From: Candidatus Adlerbacteria bacterium
GTDB taxonomy: Bacteria > Patescibacteriota > Minisyncoccia > Phycocordibacterales > SBAW01
Length of the DNA: 36,750 nt
Direction of reading: 5' to 3'
Assembly (NCBI GenBank): GCA_043734325.1
Contig: JAYTFN010000017.1
Location: 1 to 36,750 of the forward strand
The notes beneath the pieces were generated by a model. That model was not told the origin of the DNA, searched no databases, and saw only the letters and a program-made list of their open reading frames with translations. A program made the position numbers and the translations under genes. Below are positions 1 through 8,580 of the stretch, in pieces. Every line of letters starts with the position of its first letter. Within the stretch, counting starts at the first letter, position 1.

Positions 1-1055
1 AAGGAAGAGCCTACTACGGGTGTTATTTGACCTACGGCAGGGATAAGCACACACGAAGCACCAACATACGTCATACAAGAAGGAACGAGTGGCGTATAAA
101 ATCCTAGCGTAGCAATACCCGGCAGCGGGATATTATAATACGGGAACGCCTGTGAGCCATTTATATAATTTAAAAGAATGTTTGATATCGGCGGTGGCGC
201 GTTTGGCAACACTACAGTTATTTGCGTAACAATCCCCGGCGGGCAGTTACAGATAGCCGGGTTTACATAGGTAATAAAACCTCCAAAAGGAAGTCCCGGA
301 CCTACTGCCTGTACTTTTGTGATACTAAATACACCTTGAATTGAAGCCAGGGCTTTCCCTAAAAACACATTGAGCATCGACTGTGGCGCACTCTTAAAAG
401 ACTCTGGTATATGAGCTTTTTGACTATCAGAATATATCTGCTGATAGTTTGCCGTTGCTGCCAAATTACGAATATTTTTCTCAATTATATCAACAACTTC
501 AGGCGAAGTGCCGTTGTTTAAAGTAGCGGCGCGAACCGCGGCTACATATGCATCCAAGTTTTTTAAGTTTGGGTATACGGGTGGGGCAACAGGATTTACA
601 GAAGATGGTGCGCCGATAGCCAAGGGTGTGGCAGGTTGTGACGTGGAAGGAGTTCCCGGTACATTGAGCACAGCTGGCAACGTCGGGCTCAATACACTTG
701 TAACCGGTGAGGAAGACTGAATATACGCTAACGTACGTAATTTTTTAAGCGTTAAAGCGCCTACGAATCCAGTGGGCGAGGCTACGCCAGCGGGCACAAG
801 CACTTCACTGCGATATTTATTTTGAAAACGTTTTACGGCACTTAGTGTTTTTGCACCAAAATACGCACTCTCGTGCCCCGGAGACCCTATACCGGACACG
901 GCAACTTGTGTATCAGAAGACTTGTTAAGAACCTGTTGTAAAAACACCACTTCTTGGCTGGTGACGCCGAATCGCAGAGTAGTAGTGAACAGTGCCGCAT
1001 GAACGGGATACACCGCCAATAAAAAAGTAGCCGAAGCAATTGATACGAGGCACAT
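1..1055 (-). CDS. Secreted protein with a peptidoglycan-binding (PG_binding_1-like) domain. The 5-prime end is in the window and the 3-prime end runs off the window start.
   Basis: My own translation of the minus strand from the ATG at 1055-1053 stays open to position 1 (351 codons). It is probably absent from the ORF track because it has no stop in the window. The N-terminus MCLVSIASATFLLAVYPVHA looks like a signal peptide. FGVTSQEVVFLQQVLN...YFGAKTLSAVKRFQNKY...GFVGALTLKKL matches the PG_binding_1 pattern. A Pro/Ser/Thr-rich linker and a Cys-containing C-terminal region follow. Confidence 0.7.
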   Translation of the reverse strand, partial: MCLVSIASATFLLAVYPVHAALFTTTLRFGVTSQEVVFLQQVLNKSSDTQVAVSGIGSPGHESAYFGAKTLSAVKRFQNKYRSEVLVPAGVASPTGFVGALTLKKLRTLAYIQSSSPVTSVLSPTLPAVLNVPGTPSTSQPATPLAIGAPSSVNPVAPPVYPNLKNLDAYVAAVRAATLNNGTSPEVVDIIEKNIRNLAATANYQQIYSDSQKAHIPESFKSAPQSMLNVFLGKALASIQGVFSITKVQAVGPGLPFGGFITYVNPAICNCPPGIVTQITVVLPNAPPPISNILLNYINGSQAFPYYNIPLPGIATLGFYTPLVPSCMTYVGASCVLIPAVGQITPVVGSS

Positions 1056-1122
1056 TTTCACAAGCCGGTGCATTACGAACATTGTACAGTATATATAGAC
1101 CCCTATGCCGCGTAGGTGCGAC

Positions 1123-1136
1123 CGAACAACGGTTCG
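1123..1136. promoter_or_regulatory. CGAAC-N4-GTTCG palindrome (Cheo/LexA-box-like)
   Basis: Exact CGAACAACGGTTCG. It lies 68-81 nt upstream of the ATG at 1055 and just downstream of the helicase stop at 1148. It has the same half-sites as the box in front of lexA at 29756-29771. Confidence 0.45.
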
Positions 1137-1147
1137 TGTACGTACGG

Positions 1148-2773
1148 CTAAACTTCCTCTTCAATAAGCCCAAGTTTCAGTAATCGCGCATGAATCGAAC
1201 CTGGTTGTCTTCCAAAGACTTTAGCTATATCTTTCAGTTTCTCTCCCTTTTCAAACCGTTGTGCGAGTTCACCGTCATGTTCCGCGGTCCACGGGCGATA
1301 CGCATTTGGAAATTTTTCGCGAACTGCGTGTAGCGTAGACTTTTCCACCGCCACCGGTACTTTTGCTTCTACCGTACCACTTGGTTCGTGGCCGCCGCTC
1401 GCTTTCACAAAGTTTGCGTGCATCCCTGCCAACTCTGCTTCGCTCAATTTACCAAACGCTTCCGTTGCCGCTTCAGAGTTTTCGCGAAAAATAATATCTT
1501 TCTCTAAAATTTCCGGATGTACTTGCAGCGCGCGTTCGTTAAGTCCCGCTAAAGAAAGGCCACTGAGTGTGCGCACACGCGACAGTGCGACGTAGCCTTG
1601 GCCATATTCAAACGCATGTGAGAGATCCATATGGGCCGCATCAAGTGACATACCTTGGCTTTTATGGACCGTCATAGCCCAGGCAAGGCGAAGCGGCAAT
1701 TGCGTTATCGAGGCCAAAATCCTTTTTCCATCCTGCACACTCCAGTCTTCTGGTTCAACAACAAGAGTTCGACCGTCGTGCGTTTTAACAATAGGGTTCC
1801 CCGACTCAGATGCGAAACCTGTTACTTTACCTAAGGTGCCGTTTACAAATCGCTGTGTTTGGACATCATTTTTTGTAAACATTACGCGCGCGCCTACTTT
1901 AAGGGTGAGCACTTCCGGCGAAAGGCAGCCTTTCTTTACATTAATAACTAATCTATCAGGACCCACACTGGTCATAGAAAACACGCGAGCGTCGGAAGTC
2001 AATTTAGCTATCGCTGTGTCGTTAATACGGTCCACATCTTCGTTATGTGAATATAGTTTAGTTGTCTCCTCTCCCGCAATAGCATTGAACCGCGTACGCA
2101 GGAGCACGCGGTGCGCGGCAGTTAAGGCATTGCGCCGCATAGCAGACAACACGTCTAAGAAATCACTATCCTCCTGGCGATGCTGTTCGTGTAAATAACA
2201 AACAATGGGACTGAGTCGCTCCCATGCTGGTGAGCCGAACGAAAACAACGACTGTCTGTCTTCGAACAATTCCTGCGACTCTTCTTCAAAATCATTACGC
2301 CTTTGCACAGGAGGAAGTTGGAAGAAATCCCCCACTAACACAACTTGGATACCACCAAAGGGTCGCTCGTCGCGCTTAATAGTTCGACATACCGCATCGA
2401 CCATTGATAGTGTTTTAGCGGCGAGCATAGATACTTCGTCGATTATAAGCACATGCGCACCGGACACTTGGTCGACAATACGCTTATTTTGCCCGATTTG
2501 ATCAAGATCGTAGTCAGTCAAAAATTGCTTGATGCCGATTCCGCTCCAGGAATGGATAGTGTAGCCCCCGATATGTGTGGCTGCGATACCGGTTGAGGCA
2601 GTTATCGCTGGCTCAATTGCTCGCTCTGAGAGCCACGAAACATAGCGGTTAACCGTGTGTGTTTTACCACTACCTGGCTCACCTGTGAGAAAAACGTTCG
2701 CGCCGGTTTTTAAAATGTTGAGTGTTTCTTCTTGTGTCACGTACCTAGTGAAACAAAATATGTGACTATACAC
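1148..2773 (-). CDS. Pif1/RecD-family ATP-dependent DNA helicase with a C-terminal HTH-like tail
   Basis: Walker A motif GEPGSGKTH; DEVSM Walker B-type motif; VGDFFQLPPV and TVHKSQG motifs typical of Pif1/RecD (AAA_30 + UvrD_C_2). The listed start is a GTG, so the start is uncertain by about 11 codons. Confidence 0.85.
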   Translation of the reverse strand: MYSHIFCFTRYVTQEETLNILKTGANVFLTGEPGSGKTHTVNRYVSWLSERAIEPAITASTGIAATHIGGYTIHSWSGIGIKQFLTDYDLDQIGQNKRIVDQVSGAHVLIIDEVSMLAAKTLSMVDAVCRTIKRDERPFGGIQVVLVGDFFQLPPVQRRNDFEEESQELFEDRQSLFSFGSPAWERLSPIVCYLHEQHRQEDSDFLDVLSAMRRNALTAAHRVLLRTRFNAIAGEETTKLYSHNEDVDRINDTAIAKLTSDARVFSMTSVGPDRLVINVKKGCLSPEVLTLKVGARVMFTKNDVQTQRFVNGTLGKVTGFASESGNPIVKTHDGRTLVVEPEDWSVQDGKRILASITQLPLRLAWAMTVHKSQGMSLDAAHMDLSHAFEYGQGYVALSRVRTLSGLSLAGLNERALQVHPEILEKDIIFRENSEAATEAFGKLSEAELAGMHANFVKASGGHEPSGTVEAKVPVAVEKSTLHAVREKFPNAYRPWTAEHDGELAQRFEKGEKLKDIAKVFGRQPGSIHARLLKLGLIEEEV

Positions 2774-2827
2774 AACATACGCAATGCGTTTTACTTAGGA
2801 AACCGCTACACTGTAGCTACATACGCT

Positions 2828-3193
2828 ATGCCAAAAAAAATTTTGATCGTTGAAGATGAGAAAGCACTTGCGACAGTGCTCAATTTAAAACTCAAAAGTG
2901 CCGGATTTGAAACTAAAGTCGTGTACAACGGCGACGACGCTGTCGCCTCTTTAAAAGAAGCACCTTTTGACCTTATGCTTATTGACATAATGATGCCAAA
3001 GCGCGACGGCTTCAGCGTTCTGGATGAACTTAAGAAACAAGGAAATACTACATCAATATTCGTCATGTCAAATCTTGGACAAACAGAAGACATTGCACAC
3101 ATTAAAAGCCTGGGGGTTACAGACTACATTATTAAAGCAGACACCTCCCCTGCAGAAATCTTAGATAAAATAAACGCTTTTTTTAAAAAATAA
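2828..3193 (+). CDS. Receiver-only (CheY-like) response regulator
   Basis: MPKKILIVEDE...DLMLIDIMMPKRDGF...SNLGQ...K pattern with the phospho-acceptor Asp context. No output domain. I trimmed the start to the ATG at 2828 inside the longer ORF 2732..3193. Confidence 0.85.
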   Translation: MPKKILIVEDEKALATVLNLKLKSAGFETKVVYNGDDAVASLKEAPFDLMLIDIMMPKRDGFSVLDELKKQGNTTSIFVMSNLGQTEDIAHIKSLGVTDYIIKADTSPAEILDKINAFFKK

Positions 3194-3210
3194 AACAGGA
3201 CGTACACTAA

Positions 3211-4935
3211 ATGGCTAAATTAAATGAAAAAAAATCTGCAGACACTCCCGCGCTTGCGGTTAAAGTTTTAGACGACGCATTTATCAAAGCGGCACTTTTA
3301 GCCGGCAAGTACGCCAACGAAGAGGATATTGTTAAAGCCGAAGCTCATGCGTTAAGCCACCACGCCCCGCTGACTGATTACCTTTTTAACGAAGAACTTT
3401 TAAATAAAGATCTTCTTGGCCACGCCATCGCCGAAGCTGTTGGTGTCCGGTACGTAGACTTAGCTACAAACCAACCCATAAAATCGGTCATGGTAAAAAT
3501 TCCCAAAGACCTAGCGCGTCAAAATCGCGTTGTCTTAGTGGAAGAGAAAGAAACGTCGGTAACCATAACGACCGATGCTATAAATAATACTCCTCTAGCC
3601 TCCGAGGTCTTATCACTCTTTCCCGGTAAGACTGTTAGTGCTAGTTTTTCTTTTTCTCGGGACATTGACCAGGTACTGTCGATGTACAAGGAGACGCTTG
3701 CGGTGCGATTTACCGAAATTATAAAAAAGGAGCAAAAAGTAGCGCCCGAGATCGTCGAACAAATTGTCGAAGACTCAATTCTTCTGCGCGCGTCCGACAT
3801 TCACCTTGAGCCCCAAGAGACCGAAGTGTTAGTTCGCTTTCGTATAGATGGGGTGTTGGAAGACGCAGGTTCTCTCCCCAAAGTACAGTACGAAAACATT
3901 CTCAACCGCATCAAAATTGAAGCGAGACTACGCATCGATGAACATAATCGAAGCCAAGACGGCGCAATTCGCTACAAGAAAGGTCCCATAGCTGCCGACC
4001 TACGAGTTTCCATTATCCCAACTATAACAGGTGAGAAGGTCGTGATGCGTATTTTGGGTGAGTATTTGCGCACCCTTACGTTGGCCGAACTAGGGTTTAA
4101 AGCTAAAGACCAAGCGCTCCTTACCGAAATTGCAGAGCGGCCGTATGGTATGATTTTAACAGTCGGGCCAACCGGTTCAGGGAAGACGACGACTTTATAT
4201 GCACTCTTGCGCATGCTCAACGAAAGTTCGGTTAACGTTACCACTATTGAAGACCCTGTTGAGTACCGCATCGGCCGAGTCAATCAAGTGCAGGTAAACG
4301 TTGCGAGCGGACTGACATTCGCCAGCGGACTGCGTACTATCGTTCGACAAGATCCTGACGTAATCCTTGTGGGCGAGATCCGGGACCTTGAAACCGCCGA
4401 GATAGCAGTCAACGCAGCGCTCACCGGACACCTTCTCTTGTCGACCTTTCACTCAAATGACGCCGCAACCGTGGTGCCGCGTCTGCTGGATATGAAAGTC
4501 GAGCCGTTTCTCTTAGCGTCGACTCTTTCTTTAATAGTGGCGCAACGCCTCATCCGCCGCATTTGCACACATTGCAAAGTAAGCGAAACGACTACGGTCG
4601 CTGCCGTCATTGAAGAGTTTCCAAAACTAGCGCCGTTCATTAGCGGTACCGATATTGTCATCTACAAAGGTAAGGGTTGCCAAAAATGCAACAATTCCGG
4701 CTTTAAAGGGCAAATGGGCATTTTTGAATTTATTGAAAACTCGCCCAAGCTCCAGGAAACAATTCTTAAAACTCCTTCGGCAGAGCAAATAATGAGAACC
4801 GCACGAGAAGAAGGTGCACGTAGCTTTTTTGAAGATGGTTTAGACAAAGTGCTCAGCGGCACAACTACGTTCGAAGAGCTACTGCGCGTTGCTCTCCCCC
4901 CTAAAGGCGTTACTATCACTCCTAAAAATACATAA
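3211..4935 (+). CDS. pilB: Type IV pilus assembly ATPase (PilB/GspE family)
   Basis: N-terminal T2SSE_N-like region; Walker A GPTGSGKTTTLYA; Asp/His boxes (VGEIRD, TGHLLLSTFH); tetracysteine motif CTHC...CQKC. Confidence 0.9.
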   Translation: MAKLNEKKSADTPALAVKVLDDAFIKAALLAGKYANEEDIVKAEAHALSHHAPLTDYLFNEELLNKDLLGHAIAEAVGVRYVDLATNQPIKSVMVKIPKDLARQNRVVLVEEKETSVTITTDAINNTPLASEVLSLFPGKTVSASFSFSRDIDQVLSMYKETLAVRFTEIIKKEQKVAPEIVEQIVEDSILLRASDIHLEPQETEVLVRFRIDGVLEDAGSLPKVQYENILNRIKIEARLRIDEHNRSQDGAIRYKKGPIAADLRVSIIPTITGEKVVMRILGEYLRTLTLAELGFKAKDQALLTEIAERPYGMILTVGPTGSGKTTTLYALLRMLNESSVNVTTIEDPVEYRIGRVNQVQVNVASGLTFASGLRTIVRQDPDVILVGEIRDLETAEIAVNAALTGHLLLSTFHSNDAATVVPRLLDMKVEPFLLASTLSLIVAQRLIRRICTHCKVSETTTVAAVIEEFPKLAPFISGTDIVIYKGKGCQKCNNSGFKGQMGIFEFIENSPKLQETILKTPSAEQIMRTAREEGARSFFEDGLDKVLSGTTTFEELLRVALPPKGVTITPKNT

Positions 4936-5975
4936 TGGCAAAAGAAAGCGATTTTTTCCTCGAAAATTTAAGCCTCCTCATGCATTCCGCACTTCCGGTG
5001 CGGGAAGCAGTTTCGACATTAAAAGAAGAAATTCATGGCAAAAAAATGCTGAAGGCTATTACTATTATTGAAAGTGAAATAGACTCTGGCTCGAAAATGT
5101 CCACTGCACTCGGTAAAAGTGGTTTGATGTCCGAGCGTTTTGTAGCGCTCCTCCGACTTGGGGAAGATACCGGCGAACTTGAAAAACAACTTGCTTTGGT
5201 TGTTGAGGAGCAAAAAAAAGAAAATCGCCTTAAGTCTAAAGTGCGGGGTGCACTTATTTACCCGGCGATAGTTATCACGGTGACTATATTTGTAGGTATT
5301 TTTACCATGTGGTACGTCTTCCCGCGTCTGACTTCTGTTTTTGCAAGCTCGGGCGGTACACTTCCTTTATCCACACGAGTCATCATGGGCATTGGTACGT
5401 TCCTCACTTCCTACGGCATATTTGTCGTGCCGCTCGGGACCGCAGCGGTTATTGGAGGAATCTATATATTATTTTTTTATGAAAAAACTAGATTTATCGG
5501 CGAAACATTCCTCATTCGTTTTGCGCTTACCCGAACACTGGTACAAGACATCGAACTTGCCCGATTTGGGTATGTTATGGGTTCCTTGCTTCATGCGGGT
5601 ATCACTTTGCCCCAGGCGCTTTCTTCAATGAAGGATTCAACTTCATTTCATTTATACAAAAAGTTTTATGAAAGTATTTTAAAAGATGTAACAGAAGGCA
5701 ACTCCTTGTATAAAAGTATTGAAAAATATCCAAACGCACACATATATATTCCCTCGTACCTATCGAGACTTGTCTCAGCGGGCGAGATGTCTGGCTCACT
5801 TTCCGACACCCTGCTTAACATCGGTTCGACCTATGAAGAAAAAACCGAGAACATGGCGCAGAATCTCAGCGTCATGCTTGAACCGATAATTATGGTTGTT
5901 GTCGGTATTATCGTTGCCTTTCTTGCTATAGCAATCATCTCACCTATCTATGGCCTCACCAACCAGATTAAATAA
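4935..5975 (+). CDS. pilC: Type IV pilus platform protein (PilC/GspF family)
   Basis: Duplicated T2SSF-type architecture with 3 TM segments. The ATG overlaps the pilB stop by 1 nt. Confidence 0.9.
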   Translation: MAKESDFFLENLSLLMHSALPVREAVSTLKEEIHGKKMLKAITIIESEIDSGSKMSTALGKSGLMSERFVALLRLGEDTGELEKQLALVVEEQKKENRLKSKVRGALIYPAIVITVTIFVGIFTMWYVFPRLTSVFASSGGTLPLSTRVIMGIGTFLTSYGIFVVPLGTAAVIGGIYILFFYEKTRFIGETFLIRFALTRTLVQDIELARFGYVMGSLLHAGITLPQALSSMKDSTSFHLYKKFYESILKDVTEGNSLYKSIEKYPNAHIYIPSYLSRLVSAGEMSGSLSDTLLNIGSTYEEKTENMAQNLSVMLEPIIMVVVGIIVAFLAIAIISPIYGLTNQIK

Positions 5976-6414
5976 TCGAAAGGGAGGGGGACAAGGCTTT
6001 ACGTTTATAGAGCTACTCGTAGTGGTTGCTATTATAACATTGCTTACCGCCGCAGCCGAACCCAGCTATCGCACGTTCGTAACGCAAATCGAAACGCAAA
6101 ACACTTCGACTGTATATGTACAAATGCTGCGGCGCGCAGGAGCACTCGCCCAAGCGGGAAACGGCGACTCACCTTGGGGAGTAGTGCTCGGGACGAGCTC
6201 TATCACGCTATTCAAGGGAACGACGTTTATCACTCGGGATTCCATGTATGATGAGACCTATATACCAAACATCCGTATTGCCGTTTCCGGCCTGACTGAA
6301 ATAGATTTTGCCACCACAACAGGTTTACCCAACAAGTTCGGCACCACAACTATATCCTCCGGACCCCAGACAGCGACCATCACCATCAATGCAAAAGGAA
6401 TTGTCACATATTAA
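5950..6414 (+). CDS. Prepilin-type (pseudo)pilin
   Basis: N-terminal cleavage/methylation motif G|FTFIELLVVVAIITLL. The start is uncertain because it overlaps the pilC end. Confidence 0.75.
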   Translation: MASPTRLNNRKGGGQGFTFIELLVVVAIITLLTAAAEPSYRTFVTQIETQNTSTVYVQMLRRAGALAQAGNGDSPWGVVLGTSSITLFKGTTFITRDSMYDETYIPNIRIAVSGLTEIDFATTTGLPNKFGTTTISSGPQTATITINAKGIVTY

Positions 6415-7237
6415 AAAGAGCGTAGGCCTGCCCACTCGCAAGCATGGTTTCTCGCTTATAGAAGTAATAATATCCTCCGCGCTCGTGTTATTGCTTGCGA
6501 CACTTTTTACAAACGCGATACTTTCCGGCCAAGAAGGAGCCGTGATAAGCGGTGCCCAAACGCGCGCAAACCTAGTCGCAGAAGAAGGTCTTGAAGCGGT
6601 GCGCAATATGCGCGACAGCACGTTTATCAATGTAATAGACGGAACGTACGGCATTGGACAGGTAAACGGTACCTGGACACTCGTAGGCACCAGCGATATT
6701 GTCGACATCTACACGCGCAGTGTAACCATACAAACAGTAGACCCATCTACCAAGCAAGTAACGAGCACGGTCAGCTGGAGTAAAAATGGTCAGCGCAGTG
6801 GCACAGTCTCACTGGTCACCTACCTCACTGACACGAGCCTTTTGGTACCGCAAATCAAAAAATTACAGGTTGATATTTCAGGGGGTCATATCAGTGCTAA
6901 CACTCGCCTTGTCGGGATAAAAATAAAAAATATTGGCTCCACCCCAATCACCCTCAGTACAACCACTGTGGCGTGGGTAGGCGGCAGCGCTACAACTTTA
7001 AACGAGATAGACATTACCGGCGGAGCGGTTTGGTCTGGTGTCGGTCCCGGCTATCCATTAGCCAACCAGCCATCCGGCGGTTCAGAAGGTTTGCTGGCGG
7101 TTGTTATATCGCCCAATTCTGCGAAACCAATAAACAACTTTGTATTCAATGCAAATATTCACGGCGCATATTTTATCATCAGCTTCATCATGTCTGACAA
7201 TTCATCTACCACAATAACCACACCCGTCTTTCCATGA
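6389..7237 (+). CDS. Prepilin-type minor pilin with a large C-terminal domain
   Basis: KHG|FSLIEVIISSALVLL motif. I trimmed the start to the ATG at 6389, since the ORF-track start at 6308 overlaps the previous pilin. Confidence 0.7.
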   Translation: MQKELSHIKKSVGLPTRKHGFSLIEVIISSALVLLLATLFTNAILSGQEGAVISGAQTRANLVAEEGLEAVRNMRDSTFINVIDGTYGIGQVNGTWTLVGTSDIVDIYTRSVTIQTVDPSTKQVTSTVSWSKNGQRSGTVSLVTYLTDTSLLVPQIKKLQVDISGGHISANTRLVGIKIKNIGSTPITLSTTTVAWVGGSATTLNEIDITGGAVWSGVGPGYPLANQPSGGSEGLLAVVISPNSAKPINNFVFNANIHGAYFIISFIMSDNSSTTITTPVFP

Positions 7238-7752
7238 CCCACTCAATGCATAAAAAAGGATTTACTTTTATCGAGCTACTTGTCTATATCGCCATTATAA
7301 CGGTCCTTTTGACGATGATTATCAGTCTTTATTTTGCGCTTGCCCGCTCTCGCCAAAAACAGCAATCCACGATGGAAGTGGAGCAGCAGGGCTATGCGGC
7401 AATGTCTATCTTGACCCAAACGATTCGAAATGCACAAACCGTTTCAACCCCTTCCCCCACCGCGTCGTCGAGCTCGCTTGCACTTGTGACATATACCGCA
7501 AGTACGTCGCCCACCGTCTTTAGGCTTACCGCGTCCAGTCTTGAGATAACTGAAGGCTCCAGCACGCCAGTCTGGCTCACCAGCCCGCAAGTAGTGGTCA
7601 GTAACTTATTATTTTTAAATCTTGCAGCATCCACCACAGAAGGCAGCGTCCGTATACAGTTCACCATCTCGCACGCAACGACAAGCGACCGGTATGACAC
7701 AAATTACTCGACTACCTTTTACGGGACAGCGACCGTCCGCAATATTCAATAA
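7234..7752 (+). CDS. Prepilin-type minor pilin
   Basis: KKG|FTFIELLVYIAIITVLL motif. A 4-nt ATGA overlap with the upstream gene. Confidence 0.75.
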   Translation: MTHSMHKKGFTFIELLVYIAIITVLLTMIISLYFALARSRQKQQSTMEVEQQGYAAMSILTQTIRNAQTVSTPSPTASSSSLALVTYTASTSPTVFRLTASSLEITEGSSTPVWLTSPQVVVSNLLFLNLAASTTEGSVRIQFTISHATTSDRYDTNYSTTFYGTATVRNIQ

Positions 7753-7754
7753 GT

Positions 7755-8126
7755 ATGAACCAAGGATTTGCCATGCTCCTGTCAGTGCTGATTTTAGCCG
7801 CTATCGGTATGTTTATTTCGACAACACTACTTATACTCAGTGTGTCTGCAGCGCAAACAACAGGCTCATTACAAGAGTCACAGCAAGCTCGCGCGCTTGC
7901 TAGTGCATGCGTCGAAAAAGGGTTGCAGCAACTAATAACTCTAAACACGTACACCGGCAGCGGTTCGCAAACGTTAGGTCTAGGAACTTGCACATACACC
8001 GTCTCTACCATCGACCCGTACAACGATTCAGTAGTGGGCGTCGGCACCGTAGGCCAAACAACTAGGCGCGCCAAGGCGATTATATATATTTCACAGCTCT
8101 TGGTCACCTCTTGGCAAGAAATATAG
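7755..8126 (+). CDS. PilX-like minor pilin (hydrophobic N-terminus, no Glu5)
   Basis: MNQG|FAMLLSVLILAAIGMFI. Its position within the pilin operon supports the call. Confidence 0.55.
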   Translation: MNQGFAMLLSVLILAAIGMFISTTLLILSVSAAQTTGSLQESQQARALASACVEKGLQQLITLNTYTGSGSQTLGLGTCTYTVSTIDPYNDSVVGVGTVGQTTRRAKAIIYISQLLVTSWQEI

Positions 8127-8151
8127 ACTTTGGTACCGTATACTATATAAC

Positions 8152-8580
8152 ATGAAACTGAGAGGCTTTTCCTTTATAGAACTGATCATAGTGATAGCAA
8201 TCATAGGCATACTTTCGACAGTACTTAGTGTCTCTGTTGGGAGTATTCGTCAGCGTGCGCGTAATGCACAGCGTGCGACCGACATCTCTTCGATACTTAA
8301 TGCGGTCTACCAATATGCGTTGGACAACGATAACCAAGTGCCGCTAGCCATCACCACCGCCACCACTACCATCTGCCGCACCACTGCACCTTCGTGCACA
8401 GGGTTTATCAACCTCTCTACACTTACGACAAATCAAAAATACCTGATCGCGATACCAACAGACCCTTTAAGCACCTCCACATCAAACACAAACTACACAA
8501 TAGTTAAAAATGCCATTGGGCGCATTACCGTCTCGGCTCCAAATGCCGAAGCAAGTACGACCATAAGTATTACTCGGTAA
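8152..8580 (+). CDS. Type IV pilin with a short leader; candidate major pilin
   Basis: MKLRG|FSFIELIIVIAIIGIL; a Cys pair (ICRTTAPSC); separated from the upstream pilin genes by its own 25-nt spacer. Confidence 0.75.
   Translation: MKLRGFSFIELIIVIAIIGILSTVLSVSVGSIRQRARNAQRATDISSILNAVYQYALDNDNQVPLAITTATTTICRTTAPSCTGFINLSTLTTNQKYLIAIPTDPLSTSTSNTNYTIVKNAIGRITVSAPNAEASTTISITR

Noticed and set aside
508-1173. ORF-track entries 508..720 (+) and 925..1173 (-) as genes
   Set aside because: Both overlap or abut a much longer minus-strand open frame (1..1055) that has a signal peptide and a recognisable peptidoglycan-binding motif. The short ORFs have no motif and an odd composition.
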